DNA of 59,640 nt from Methanobacteriota archaeon (GCA_027064305.1 JAMOPY010000036.1:1-59640), one strand, 5' to 3'. Shown: positions 46,903 to 56,125, numbered from the stretch's first letter. Made by a program: numbers and translations. The notes: generated by a model from the sequence alone, not told the origin.

Positions 46903-48339
46903 ATGGAGCGGCTACGGTGGCGCGAGGCCTCCCCCGCCGAGTTCTTCGAGCGCAACCGGGAGATGCTGGGCTTCGACGGCCCCGTCAAGAGCCTCGTGAT
47001 GGTCGTCCACGAGCTGGTCACCAACGCCATGGACGCCTGCCACCTCCATCGCATCCGACCCGACGTCCGCGTGCACGTGCGACGGACGGGCGAGGACACC
47101 TACCGAGTGCGGGTGCGGGACAACGGCCCGGGCATCCCCCCGGAGCGCGTGCCCTCGGTCTTCGGCAAGTTCCTCGCCGGCGACAAGTTCGATCCCGTGT
47201 ACGGCCTCCAGTCCATGGGACAGCAGGGCATCGGGGCGGCCGGGGTCGCCCTCTACGCCTACATGACCACGGGAGAGCCCGTGCGCGTGCTCACCTCCAC
47301 CGACGGGAGGACCGCCCACTACTTCGAGGTGCACCCCGACCCCAGCGAGAACGAGCCCGTCGTGCTCCGCCGAGAGCGACGACCGGCCACCGAGCGCGGG
47401 ACCCTGGTGGAGGTCACCGTGGGGGAGGCGCGCTACGAGTCCGGGCGCCGAGGACCCCGAGAGTACCTCCGGCGGCTCCACGCCGCCAACCCTCACGCCC
47501 GACTCCTCCTCCGCGACCCGCGCGACCGCGTCCACCGGTGGACGCCCCGGGTGGAGGAGCTCCCGGAACCGCCCAGGGTGCTCAAGCCTCACCCCCACTC
47601 CTTAGACGCCCACAAGCTGCTCCGGCTGGCGGAGCGGACCAACCGGAGGACCGTGCGAACGTTGCTGACGGAGGAGCTCTGCCGCTTCTCTCGCGAGCGG
47701 CTCAACGAGCTGCGAGAGAAACTGCCCGAGGACGTAGACCTGGAAAAAGACCCCCGGGAGCTGACCCGCCGCGAGGCCGAGGCCATCGTCGAGGCGCTTC
47801 GAAGGATGCGGTTCATGCGCCCACCCTCCAACGTCCTCTCGCCCATCGGCGAGGACGCGCTCAAGGCCGCGGTGCGGGCCGAGGGATGCCGGCTGGTCGC
47901 CGCCGTGTCCCGGGACCCCGTCACCACCCGCGATAACGTGCTGCAGGTGGAGGTGGCGGTGGGGCTCGTGGAGGAAGGAGGCGGAGACCTGTGGAGGTAC
48001 GCGAACAGGGCCCCGCTGATGTTCCGCTCCGGCGGCTGCTCGATCACCCAGGGCGTGGAGGATGTGGACTACCATCGCTACGATCTGGACGAGGAGCGGC
48101 TCCTGATCCTGGCGAACGTGAACTCCCCGTTCGTCCCCTTCAGCGGACCCTCCAAGCAGGAGATCGGGAGCGAGCTCGTCCGGGAGGAAGTTAAAAAAGC
48201 GGTGCAGCACGCGTGTCGCCGGCTGGGCCGCGAGGTCCGCCGGTTGAGGCGGGAGCGACGGGAGCGGGAGCGGCTCCGCCGGATCCGCCGGTACCGGGCC
48301 ATCGCCCGGCGTAAGGCCCGAGAGATCCTGGGCCGGTGA
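46903..48339 (+). CDS. top6B: DNA topoisomerase VI subunit B (-like)
   Basis: 'SPAEFFERN..MLGF', GHKL 'ELVTNAMDA', 'DNGPGI', 'GQQGIG', 'KPHP', 'RYANR.PL'. Confidence 0.85.
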   Translation: MERLRWREASPAEFFERNREMLGFDGPVKSLVMVVHELVTNAMDACHLHRIRPDVRVHVRRTGEDTYRVRVRDNGPGIPPERVPSVFGKFLAGDKFDPVYGLQSMGQQGIGAAGVALYAYMTTGEPVRVLTSTDGRTAHYFEVHPDPSENEPVVLRRERRPATERGTLVEVTVGEARYESGRRGPREYLRRLHAANPHARLLLRDPRDRVHRWTPRVEELPEPPRVLKPHPHSLDAHKLLRLAERTNRRTVRTLLTEELCRFSRERLNELREKLPEDVDLEKDPRELTRREAEAIVEALRRMRFMRPPSNVLSPIGEDALKAAVRAEGCRLVAAVSRDPVTTRDNVLQVEVAVGLVEEGGGDLWRYANRAPLMFRSGGCSITQGVEDVDYHRYDLDEERLLILANVNSPFVPFSGPSKQEIGSELVREEVKKAVQHACRRLGREVRRLRRERRERERLRRIRRYRAIARRKAREILGR

Positions 48340-48393
48340 TGAGCTCACGACGGGGAGACCGGTCGGGATGATCGGCCCCCTGGCAGGCTGAAA
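48333..48393 (+). ncRNA. Box C/D guide sRNA overlapping the top6B stop
   Basis: GUGAUGA(48336)-gcucacgacggg-GAGA-ccggucggg-AUGAUCG-gcccccuggcagg-CUGA(48391). Confidence 0.75.
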
Positions 48394-48395
48394 AC

Positions 48396-48480
48396 GGCGC
48401 GGGACGAGGTAGCCGGCGGGGAGCGCACGGGCCTAGACCCGCCGCAATGAGCCGCCGGATGCCGCGGCCGCGCCACACCC
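48396..48480 (+). ncRNA. Single-hairpin H/ACA guide sRNA
   Basis: Lower stem ggcgcgg/ccgcgcc followed by ACA-ccc; pocket gacgagguag/augccgcgg; upper stem ccggcgg/ccgccgg; K-turn gGA...aaUGA. Confidence 0.8.
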
Positions 48481-48494
48481 CCCCGGAAACGGGG

Positions 48495-48561
48495 TCCCGA
48501 TGACGAGCTTCACCCTGTCCGACGCGCCGTGAGGGTGAGGAGGGGAGCGTTTGCCGAGGGG
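48495..48561 (+). ncRNA. Box C/D guide sRNA
   Basis: AUGACGA(48500)-gcuucacccugu-CCGA-12 nt-GUGAGGA-ggggagcguuug-CCGA(48557). Confidence 0.75.
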
Positions 48562-48614
48562 TCAGGGGCGGGAGTACTCTTCACCCATCCGCGGCTTGCA
48601 TGATCATCATCCCC
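48558..48614 (-). ncRNA. Box C/D guide sRNA
   Basis: gggg-AUGAUGA-ucaugcaagccg-CGGA-ugg-GUGAAGA-guacucccgccc-CUGA-cccc. Confidence 0.88.
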
Positions 48615-48621
48615 GACCGCA

Positions 48622-48644
48622 ATCGTTACGAACATCATAACGAT
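48622..48644. promoter_or_regulatory. Spaced palindrome ATCGTTA-N9-TAACGAT (copy 3)
   Basis: aATCGTTA cgaacatca TAACGATt, 7 nt past the tRNA-Asn CCA. Confidence 0.78.
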
Positions 48645-48651
48645 TCGGCGT

Positions 48652-48727
48652 TGGCGCCGCGGCCCGGACTTGAACCGGGGGCCACGGGATTAACAGTCCC
48701 GCGCTCTACCTACTGAGCTGCCGCGGC
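48652..48727 (-). tRNA. tRNA-Asn(GUU); CCA encoded, C8
   Basis: gccgcgg-ca-gctc-agtaggta-gagc-g-cggga-ctGTTaa-tcccg-tggcc-cccgg-ttcaagt-ccggg-ccgcggc-g-cca. Confidence 0.96.
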
Positions 48728-48760
48728 CTCGCCCGGGGCCATCGACCACCCGGGCCCCTG

Positions 48761-48777
48761 CAAATATAACGTTTTCG
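48761..48777 (-). promoter_or_regulatory. BRE/TATA promoter of tRNA-Asn
   Basis: cgaaaacgTTATATTtg on the minus strand about 35 nt upstream of the tRNA. Confidence 0.7.
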
Positions 48778-48789
48778 GGGGAGGGAACG

Positions 48790-49368
48790 GTGCCGGTGAG
48801 CCTGAGGGTGATCGGGCCCGAGGACCTCGAACGGTCGCTGCGCGATCGACTCTCCCTGCTGCAGCCCTCCGAGGAGGTAAGCGTGCTCTTCGACCGACCG
48901 GCCGAGATGCTCAAGGTCTCCTCCCCCAACACCAGGATCCGGGTGCGACCGGAGTCCGCCTACGTGTCGACCAAGGGTCGAATCAGCGAGGACGCGGTGG
49001 CGGCGGTCTCGGTGGTCCTGCCGGAGCTCGGGGTTCGAGAGCCGGTGGAGCGGTTCCTCTCGTCGGTCGTGGACGTGGGTCGAACGGTCCCCCGGGACCG
49101 CGAGCTGGTGGCGGTGGTGAAGGGAAGGGACGCGGTGCTCAAGTTCCGGGCCGAGCCCGACCGGGGCGGTTACGCCCTGGAGTCCCGGGGGAACGTGCTG
49201 ATCCGCAGGACCCGCTCGACGTGCGAGATCGAGGTGCTGACCACGGTCGGCGGGGTGGAGACGCTGGCCAGGCGGGCCCAACGCATTTGGAGGCAGCTAT
49301 CCCTGCTCTCCGGGGGCGAGGAGGCGGGGAACGTGATCACGGAGGTACTCCGGGCGGTAGGGAGGTGA
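48790..49368 (+). CDS. Hypothetical protein
   Basis: Typical codon usage; coupled to the next gene through GGAGGTGA. Confidence 0.6.
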   Translation: MPVSLRVIGPEDLERSLRDRLSLLQPSEEVSVLFDRPAEMLKVSSPNTRIRVRPESAYVSTKGRISEDAVAAVSVVLPELGVREPVERFLSSVVDVGRTVPRDRELVAVVKGRDAVLKFRAEPDRGGYALESRGNVLIRRTRSTCEIEVLTTVGGVETLARRAQRIWRQLSLLSGGEEAGNVITEVLRAVGR

Positions 49369-49372
49369 ACGG

Positions 49373-50266
49373 GTGAAGTGGTGGAGGCTCGCGGAGACGC
49401 TGGCGGCCATGTACGCGGGGATCCTGCTGGCCTCCGTGGTCGGATCCCGGCCGCGGTGCGTCCGGGCGATGGTCCGTCCCCTGCGACCGCTCCTGGGAGA
49501 GGACCGAATGGGCCGGGCCGCCGTGCTCTCCGTGCTGAGCTCCTCCGTGGCCATGTACGCGGCGCGCGACGCGGTCCGGGGAACCCGAGACGTCGTCGCG
49601 CTCCTCCTGCTGATGGCGTTCCCGTCCTCGATCGCCGCCGCCGTCCAGTTCTACCTCCCCGTGGTGGCCCCGCTGGTGGGCCCGGCCTGCCCGGTCCTCG
49701 TGGCCGTCTCCACGTCCTCCGCGTTGATCACCACGCTGATCGGCCGGGCGTCGCGCCGGGTCCGGGACGACGGGCTGGGTCCCGTCGAGGACCTCCGACT
49801 CGTGAGGGAGCCCGTGAGAACCGCCAACCTGGTGTTCCTGCGGGTCGGGCCGCCGGTGGTGGCCGTCATCCTGCTCTTCCACTGGTGCGAGCGGAACCGG
49901 CTGCTGGACCCCCTGGTGCTCCACCTGGCCCCGCTGGCCTCCTGGTTCCACCTCCCGCCCGCGTCGTCCCTGGTGATCCTTGGGTGCCTGGCCAACGTGT
50001 CGGTGGGCGCGGTGATCGGCGCGGAGCTCATGGACGCGGGTCGGCTGGACTGGTGGGACGCGGCCCTCTCGCTGTCGCTGGGCCGCGCGGTCTCGCTGCT
50101 CCGAATCCACGCCCAGTTCCTGGCCCCGCCCGCCGCCTCCTTCTTCGGCCACGCCGGGATCGCGGGCGTCGCGGTCAGGACGCTCGTGGAGTCCGCCGTG
50201 AACGCGGCACTGGTATGGGTGTTATCACTGGCAACTCACCCGCACCACTGCTGGACCCGGTGCTGA
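49373..50266 (+). CDS. Membrane protein with gate/nucleoside-recognition-like repeats (COG3366-like)
   Basis: Two hydrophobic halves; 'FYLP...PL.G', 'PL...FHLPP', 'P...SFFG'. Confidence 0.55.
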   Translation: MKWWRLAETLAAMYAGILLASVVGSRPRCVRAMVRPLRPLLGEDRMGRAAVLSVLSSSVAMYAARDAVRGTRDVVALLLLMAFPSSIAAAVQFYLPVVAPLVGPACPVLVAVSTSSALITTLIGRASRRVRDDGLGPVEDLRLVREPVRTANLVFLRVGPPVVAVILLFHWCERNRLLDPLVLHLAPLASWFHLPPASSLVILGCLANVSVGAVIGAELMDAGRLDWWDAALSLSLGRAVSLLRIHAQFLAPPAASFFGHAGIAGVAVRTLVESAVNAALVWVLSLATHPHHCWTRC

Positions 50267-51125
50267 CGCCGCGCTCGAGCGGCTCGTAGCCGGCCGCCCA
50301 GATCAGCGACCTCGCCAGGAACTTCCACGCCCCGACCCGATCGGTGAGCTCCGGATGCACACCGAAGAGCACGAACCGGCCCCGGGGCACCCACCCGTTC
50401 CCCCTCCTCAGGTAGTACCGGCCCAGGACGATGGCCCAGCCCTCCACCGTGCTGAGGTACTGCCCGACGCCCCGCACCGTCACCTTGATCTCCCGCCCGT
50501 CGAGCGAGACGCACTCGTACCACTCCCGATCGGACACGATCACCGAACCGCTCTCCGGGCCCAGCCCCGGACCGTTGGCGTACACGTACTGGAACACCCG
50601 GCCCCACGTGCTCGGTGGGGTCAGCGGGTTCTCGTACAGCAGCACCGGCACCTCGCCCTCCCCTCGATTCCCGTCGATGGCCGTCACCCCGTCCACGAAC
50701 ACGTCCTCCCCGATGCCACCCCGGCTCGTGACCCCGGCGTGCAGGTAGGCGCCCGCGCAGACGCCCACGTACCCGATCCCCAGGTCGATCTGCGCGTGAT
50801 AGAGCGCGCTGACCCAGTCGAAGTCCCAGTGCCACTCCGGGTGGAACCCGCCCGGCACGTAGATCACGTCGATCCGCTGCCCGGTCTGCGGATCCCGGCC
50901 CGTCTCGAGCACGTACCGCCAGTCGGCACTCGAGTAATAAGGGATGACGTTGATGAAGAACCGAGCCCCGTCCGGGGATTGGTTCCAGTAGTTGATGGCC
51001 TCCAGGGAACGCTCCACGCAGTTCTCCGCGGCCCCCTCTCCCGCCCACATCGCCACCGTGACGGTGACGCCGGCCGCCCCCTGAACCAGGGCGAGCGCGA
51101 CCGCGATCAGAACGATCGCCCTCAT
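50175..51125 (-). CDS. Secreted BPL_N/class I glutamine-amidotransferase-like protein
   Basis: Signal peptide; 'VIYVPGG', nucleophile elbow 'GYVGVCAGAY', 'YANGP', 'GVHPE'. Confidence 0.75.
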   Translation of the reverse strand: MRAIVLIAVALALVQGAAGVTVTVAMWAGEGAAENCVERSLEAINYWNQSPDGARFFINVIPYYSSADWRYVLETGRDPQTGQRIDVIYVPGGFHPEWHWDFDWVSALYHAQIDLGIGYVGVCAGAYLHAGVTSRGGIGEDVFVDGVTAIDGNRGEGEVPVLLYENPLTPPSTWGRVFQYVYANGPGLGPESGSVIVSDREWYECVSLDGREIKVTVRGVGQYLSTVEGWAIVLGRYYLRRGNGWVPRGRFVLFGVHPELTDRVGAWKFLARSLIWAAGYEPLERGVSTGSSSGAGELPVITPIPVPRSRRTPRAS

Positions 51126-51162
51126 CGATCCTCCCCCGGCCGCACGGTGACCGAGAAAGGGG

Positions 51163-52596
51163 ATGAAAAGGTTGAGGACGGCGGTGGCGGAACTCGCGGG
51201 CAGGCTGGCCCTACACCTGGTCAAGCTCGGCCCCGGCATGGGGCGCAGCTTCCCGGGCTGGCTCACGATCAAGCTCGGCGGGCTCCGGGCCGTCCGCCGA
51301 CTGGCGCGCCGACCCCGGTACGGCGTCGTCCTCATCACCGGCACGAACGGGAAGACCACCACCACGCGCCTGACCTGCCGCCTCCTGTCCCGGGACGCGA
51401 ACACCTCCTGCAACTACGACAGCAACACGATCAACGCCGTCGCCACGGGACTCCTGCGCGGTCGCTCCGCGGACCTCGTGGTCACCGAGTACGGCATCCG
51501 CAGCCGCGAGTACGGGATCCCGGACGTCGTGTGCAAGACCGTGGACCCCATCGCCATCGCGTACACGACCATCTCCAAGGAGCACTACAAGGAGAACGCG
51601 GACAAGGAGGACCCGTTCGGCGCGTACTTCGAGGCCAAGCGCCTCCTCGCCCGACCCCTGAGAGACGGGGCCCTGGTCCTCAACGCCGACGACCCCCGGG
51701 TCACCTACATCCGGGAGGAGAAGCGCGGAGACCCCGTGACGTACACCTTCTACGGCCTGGAAGCCGACGTCCGCGACCTGACGGCACCCACGGAGGAGCT
51801 CGAGTGCCCGGCCTGCGGCGCCGGGCTCGAGTACGAGCGCCGCTACTTCAACCACAAGGGCCGCTACGCGTGCCCCGAGTGCGGGTTCTCCCGACCGGAC
51901 CCCCACGTGCGCGCCGTCGAGCTCAAGGGTGGGCCCGATCGGTGGAAGGTGCGAGTCGAGTTCAGGGTGAACAACGTGGTGACGGGTGAGGAGCTGGAAG
52001 GGGACGTCTCCTACCGGCTCCCGCTCCCGGGCCTGCACAACGTGTACAACAGCCTCTGCGCGGTGGCCCTGTACCTGACCGTGACCCCGAACCCCCACGA
52101 CGCCGAGCGAACCATCCGGGAGACGCTGGAGGGGATCGACCCGGAGTCGTTCATCCCGCCCGGGCGATTCGAGGTGATGGACGTGAACGGCCGCCTGGTC
52201 GGGGCCGGTCAGGGCGACAACGGGGACGCGTTCAAGGCCAACGCCAACCTGATGCTGGAGCAGGCCGGCGAGGTGAGGACCTGCGTGTACACGACCCCGG
52301 ACGCGGGGGAGCGACCCATCTTCGAGATGCACCGGCGCGTCCTCAGGGAGCTGGACCCGGTGGAACTGCACGTCTTCCCGGGCCGCGAATCCGTCCGGGC
52401 GGCCCGCAAGTACTACCGCGACCTGTCCGAGGAGTTCGACTCGGTGGAGTTCCACGGGATCCCCCACGACCGGATGGACGAGAAAGTGGAGGCGATCGCC
52501 GAGATCTGCCGAACGTCGCGGGACCCCGTCTTCGCCTCCGGCTGCGGGCCCGAGCACGAGCTGTGGGAGGCGCTGAAGCGTCGGCTCAGGGGATGA
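51163..52596 (+). CDS. Mur ligase, MurT-like with Zn ribbon
   Basis: 'G.SFPG', P-loop 'ITGTNGKTTTT', 'LNADDP', 'CPACG...CPECGF.RP', 'LPGLHNVYN', 'GRFE'. Confidence 0.82.
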   Translation: MKRLRTAVAELAGRLALHLVKLGPGMGRSFPGWLTIKLGGLRAVRRLARRPRYGVVLITGTNGKTTTTRLTCRLLSRDANTSCNYDSNTINAVATGLLRGRSADLVVTEYGIRSREYGIPDVVCKTVDPIAIAYTTISKEHYKENADKEDPFGAYFEAKRLLARPLRDGALVLNADDPRVTYIREEKRGDPVTYTFYGLEADVRDLTAPTEELECPACGAGLEYERRYFNHKGRYACPECGFSRPDPHVRAVELKGGPDRWKVRVEFRVNNVVTGEELEGDVSYRLPLPGLHNVYNSLCAVALYLTVTPNPHDAERTIRETLEGIDPESFIPPGRFEVMDVNGRLVGAGQGDNGDAFKANANLMLEQAGEVRTCVYTTPDAGERPIFEMHRRVLRELDPVELHVFPGRESVRAARKYYRDLSEEFDSVEFHGIPHDRMDEKVEAIAEICRTSRDPVFASGCGPEHELWEALKRRLRG

Positions 52597-52599
52597 GGG

Positions 52600-53367
52600 A
52601 TGCGGGTCCTCCGGGCCCTAAAGCTCACCGTCCCGATCCTGCTCCTCTCCTACCTCGCCCTGCTGCTGACCGAGTACCGCTCCTTCCAGGCCGTCCTGGG
52701 CGACCCCTGGGGCCGGGCCGTCTACGTCAAGCTGCACAATCCCGACATCGCCCCCGGGACCCCGCACATCGAGCGCCTCACCCGGTTCGCCCGGGAGCAC
52801 GGGTACCGCAAGATCCTCGTGATCCACAACGCGGGCAAGGTCGGGTACAGCCACTTCTGGTACAACGGCGTCCTGATCGTGCAGCTCGCCTGGTACGACT
52901 ACCGGACCGTCTTCGCGAACCCCGACTGGAACCTCATCCTGAAGGACATCCTCTACGGCCATCGCGGCATGGTGGGGGAGTGGGTGGCCGACCGCCAGAC
53001 CTTCGGCACGACCGACCAGGCCGTCCGACACGTTCGAGACCTCCTGCGCTCGGTCCCCGGTCCCACCATGGTCGTCTGGCACGGCTCGTGCCGATGGGGC
53101 CACCCGATCTGGCGGCTGGGCTGCGGCTCGGAGCCGTACTACTGGATCCTGGCCCGGTACGGGGGGCGCGTGCTGGCCCTCACCCTCGTGGCCCTCGGCG
53201 ACTTCTCACCCTTCGTGTTCTACGGTCGGGACGCCTGGGCCGAGCTGAGGAATCACCGCAAGATCCAGGAGCTGTACAACTCCGGCTACCTGAACGCGCA
53301 CTCGATCGACCCGAACCTGCGCGAGGTCCCGCCACCGGAAGCCGCTCCCCGGGGTGCCTACGAGTGA
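52600..53367 (+). CDS. Hypothetical membrane-anchored protein
   Basis: N-terminal TM, aromatic-rich body; coupled to both neighbours. Confidence 0.65.
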   Translation: MRVLRALKLTVPILLLSYLALLLTEYRSFQAVLGDPWGRAVYVKLHNPDIAPGTPHIERLTRFAREHGYRKILVIHNAGKVGYSHFWYNGVLIVQLAWYDYRTVFANPDWNLILKDILYGHRGMVGEWVADRQTFGTTDQAVRHVRDLLRSVPGPTMVVWHGSCRWGHPIWRLGCGSEPYYWILARYGGRVLALTLVALGDFSPFVFYGRDAWAELRNHRKIQELYNSGYLNAHSIDPNLREVPPPEAAPRGAYE

Positions 53368-54392
53368 TGAGGATCGACGCGCTGCGGGACTACCACGAGA
53401 TCGAGCGCGACCGGCTCCCGGCCCGCTACCTCGTGGCCAAATCCGTCCCGGTGGAGGTCCTGGAGGGCGACCTGGACGAGCTGTGGAGGGAGCACGACGA
53501 GGCCATGGAGGAGTTCCGTGCCCGGTGGGAGGAGCGCCCCTCCCCCACGGACGTCGAGCCCGCGAGCCCCAACCTGCTGGAGCTCAAGGTCACCATCGCC
53601 CGCCGCCTGCTCGAGCGCTGCACCTTCTGCGAGCGACGCTGCGAGGTGGACAGGACGCGGGAACGGGGCTTTTGCCGCGTGCCGCCGTCCCCCCGAGTCT
53701 CCTCCGAGTTCTTGCACATGGGCGAGGAGCGCGTGCTGGTCCCCTCACACACGATCTTCTTCTGCGGGTGCACGTTCCGCTGCGTCTACTGCCAGAACTG
53801 GGACATCGCCTTCCACCCGGAGAACGGGGTAAAGGTGGAGCCGGAGCGGCTGGCCCGGATCATCCGGCACCGCCGCTCCGAGGGGGCGAGGAACGTCAAC
53901 TGGGTGGGCGGCGATCCAACACCCAACCTACACTACATCCTCCGCGTGCTGACCGTCCTGGACGTGAACGTCCCGCAGGTCTGGAACTCGAACATGTACC
54001 TCACGGAGGAGGCGATGCGACTGCTGGACGGGGTGATCGATGTCTACCTCACCGACTTCAAGTACGGGCGGAACGAGTGCGCCGAGCGGTACTCGAGCGC
54101 CCCCGAGTACTGGGAGATCGTCACCCGCAACCACCTGGAGGCGCGTCGGCAGTGCGAGATGATCGTCCGGCACCTGGTCCTGCCCGGGCACGTCGAGTGC
54201 TGCACCCACCGGATCCTGGAGTGGATCGCGGAGAACCTGGGCACGGACACGCCGCTCAACGTGATGCCGCAGTACCGGCCGGAGCACCGGGCGCACGAGT
54301 ACCCGGAGATAAACCGCCGCCCCTCCGCGGAAGAATTAGAGAGCGCGTGGAAAAAGGCGAGGGAGCTGGGGTTCCGGCACTACCGGCTCTAG
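53367..54392 (+). CDS. PflX-like radical SAM protein
   Basis: '[12 protein letters not shown]...GFC', 'H.GEE', '[15 protein letters not shown]', 'WVGGDPTP', 'DFKYG', 'RHLVLPGH'. Confidence 0.88.
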   Translation: MRIDALRDYHEIERDRLPARYLVAKSVPVEVLEGDLDELWREHDEAMEEFRARWEERPSPTDVEPASPNLLELKVTIARRLLERCTFCERRCEVDRTRERGFCRVPPSPRVSSEFLHMGEERVLVPSHTIFFCGCTFRCVYCQNWDIAFHPENGVKVEPERLARIIRHRRSEGARNVNWVGGDPTPNLHYILRVLTVLDVNVPQVWNSNMYLTEEAMRLLDGVIDVYLTDFKYGRNECAERYSSAPEYWEIVTRNHLEARRQCEMIVRHLVLPGHVECCTHRILEWIAENLGTDTPLNVMPQYRPEHRAHEYPEINRRPSAEELESAWKKARELGFRHYRL

Positions 54393-55306
54393 AGCTGCTC
54401 GTGCACCTTGCCCGGCTCCGGCAGGCCCAGCTCCTTCCGCTCCTCGATTTCCTTCTGGTTCTTGTTCTTCTTCGCCTGCGCCAGCTTCTCGACCAGGCCC
54501 AGCCCCGGCTTCACCTCCTCGATGCTCTTCACCTCCAGCAGGCCCTGCTCGACCATCTCCTCGAGCAGCTCCAGCGCCTTCTCCGTGCGGACGATCACCG
54601 TGCTCCAGCCGTCCGGGGAGCCCACCGAGCCCGCGGTCAGGTCGGAGAGCTCGGCGCAGTAGTCCGTGCACACGTGGCACGGCTCGCCCTCGAACGGGTG
54701 CGTCTCGTCGATCGGGATGGACTTGACCTCCCCGTCGTCCGTGTACACCCAGAACTTGCCCTTACCGATGTCCATCTTGGCGACCTCGCGCATCCACACG
54801 CCGCACAGCTGCTCCACCATCGTCTTGAGACCCTCGTACGGGAAGTTCTCCATGCAGATGATGCCGATCAACAGCTCGATCTTGTCGGGCACGTGACGCA
54901 TGCCCACGGGCAGCAGCTGCGCCTTCCGGACCGCCCGCACCTGGCACGGCGTGCCGACCATCGCGACGCGCTCGCAGCCGTGGCTCCGGACCGCCTCCTT
55001 CAGCACGCTCACGTTGGGGCAGTACGTGTACTTCGTGCCGGCCGCCTCCAGCACCTCGTCCGGGTCCGTGATGACCACCGGCCGCGGCTTCCACGGCTCC
55101 TCCGGGTCGTCCGGGTCCGCCACGGCGGCGATCACGCCGTCGAACTTACCCTCCTCCAGCCCGTAGACCATGATCGAGGAGACGATACCGCCGTCCTGAG
55201 TCACCCGCAGGATCCGCCGCTCGGTGGACCGGGCCGTGAACACGCCCAGGTGCTCACCCAGCAGCCCCTCGTCGCCCTTCACCATGATCTCCTTCAGCTC
55301 GCTCAC
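54389..55306 (-). CDS. fruB: F420-reducing hydrogenase beta subunit
   Basis: 'QDGGIVS', 'AGTKY..CPN', 'VGTPCQ', 'IGI.CMENF', 'C..C.DY.AE.SD...GSVGSP.GWS'. Confidence 0.9.
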   Translation of the reverse strand: MSELKEIMVKGDEGLLGEHLGVFTARSTERRILRVTQDGGIVSSIMVYGLEEGKFDGVIAAVADPDDPEEPWKPRPVVITDPDEVLEAAGTKYTYCPNVSVLKEAVRSHGCERVAMVGTPCQVRAVRKAQLLPVGMRHVPDKIELLIGIICMENFPYEGLKTMVEQLCGVWMREVAKMDIGKGKFWVYTDDGEVKSIPIDETHPFEGEPCHVCTDYCAELSDLTAGSVGSPDGWSTVIVRTEKALELLEEMVEQGLLEVKSIEEVKPGLGLVEKLAQAKKNKNQKEIEERKELGLPEPGKVHEQL

Positions 55307-56010
55307 TCCTCCTCACCCCCCATCACGAGCTCCTTGATCGCATCGTCACCCGGCCAGATCGTCCGCGGGCACTGCGTGAAGCAGGCGCCGCACTTGATGC
55401 AGCGATCCTCGTTCACCACCGGCCGGCCGTCCACGATCTCGATCGCCCGGGTCGGGCAGGCGGCCGCGCACGTGCCGCAGCCCATGCACATGTTCTTGTT
55501 CACCACGTGGTACATCAGGTCGCAACCGCAGTACTCCGTCTTCCCCTCCGCCAGCTTGGCGAAAGGCTCCAGCAGGTCCGTCTTACCCTCCAGGAGCAGC
55601 GTCAGGAACCGCTCGATCGCCTCCGGGGCCGGCGGGCAGCCGGGGATCGCGTAATCCACGTCCACCACCTCGGTCAGCGGCACGAACGCCTCGTGCGTGG
55701 GGGCGGACTGCTCGTTGCCCCGCGAGTACCGCATGAAGTTGCCCGTCGCCGCGCAGGCCCCGAGCGCCACGATGGTGTCGGCCTTCTCCTCCAGCCCTCG
55801 AGCCACTTCCACGCACTCCTCGTGGTTCAGGCAGACGGCTCCCTCAACGACGGCCACGTCGCACTCCGGGATCTCCCGCTCGTCCATCAGCGTCTGGCAG
55901 TAGACCAGCTCCACCTCATCGAGGATGTCCAATAGCCGCTCGTACGTGTCGGCCAGCGAGACCAGGCACCCGCAGCACCCGGCCAGCTGCACGTACGCGA
56001 GCCGAACCAA
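55303..56010 (-). CDS. fruG: F420-reducing hydrogenase gamma subunit
   Basis: 'GCCGC..SL.D.YE', 'GACAATG', 'PGCPP', 'CGCD', two ferredoxin motifs. Confidence 0.9.
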   Translation of the reverse strand: MVRLAYVQLAGCCGCLVSLADTYERLLDILDEVELVYCQTLMDEREIPECDVAVVEGAVCLNHEECVEVARGLEEKADTIVALGACAATGNFMRYSRGNEQSAPTHEAFVPLTEVVDVDYAIPGCPPAPEAIERFLTLLLEGKTDLLEPFAKLAEGKTEYCGCDLMYHVVNKNMCMGCGTCAAACPTRAIEIVDGRPVVNEDRCIKCGACFTQCPRTIWPGDDAIKELVMGGEEE

Positions 56011-56125
56011 CGGCACACCCCCGGGGCAACGGTGGGAAGGGGACGAAGGGAGGGGAACGGGAGGAAGACGAAGGGTGCGAAGGGTGGGAAAGGGGAGGCG
56101 ACGGCCCCCGCGTGGGGGGCCGGTC

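Noticed and set aside
53361-53372. GTGATGA at 53364 (and similar at 29046, 52592) as box C
   Set aside because: Explained by overlapping stop/start codons; no correctly spaced D'/C'/D boxes follow
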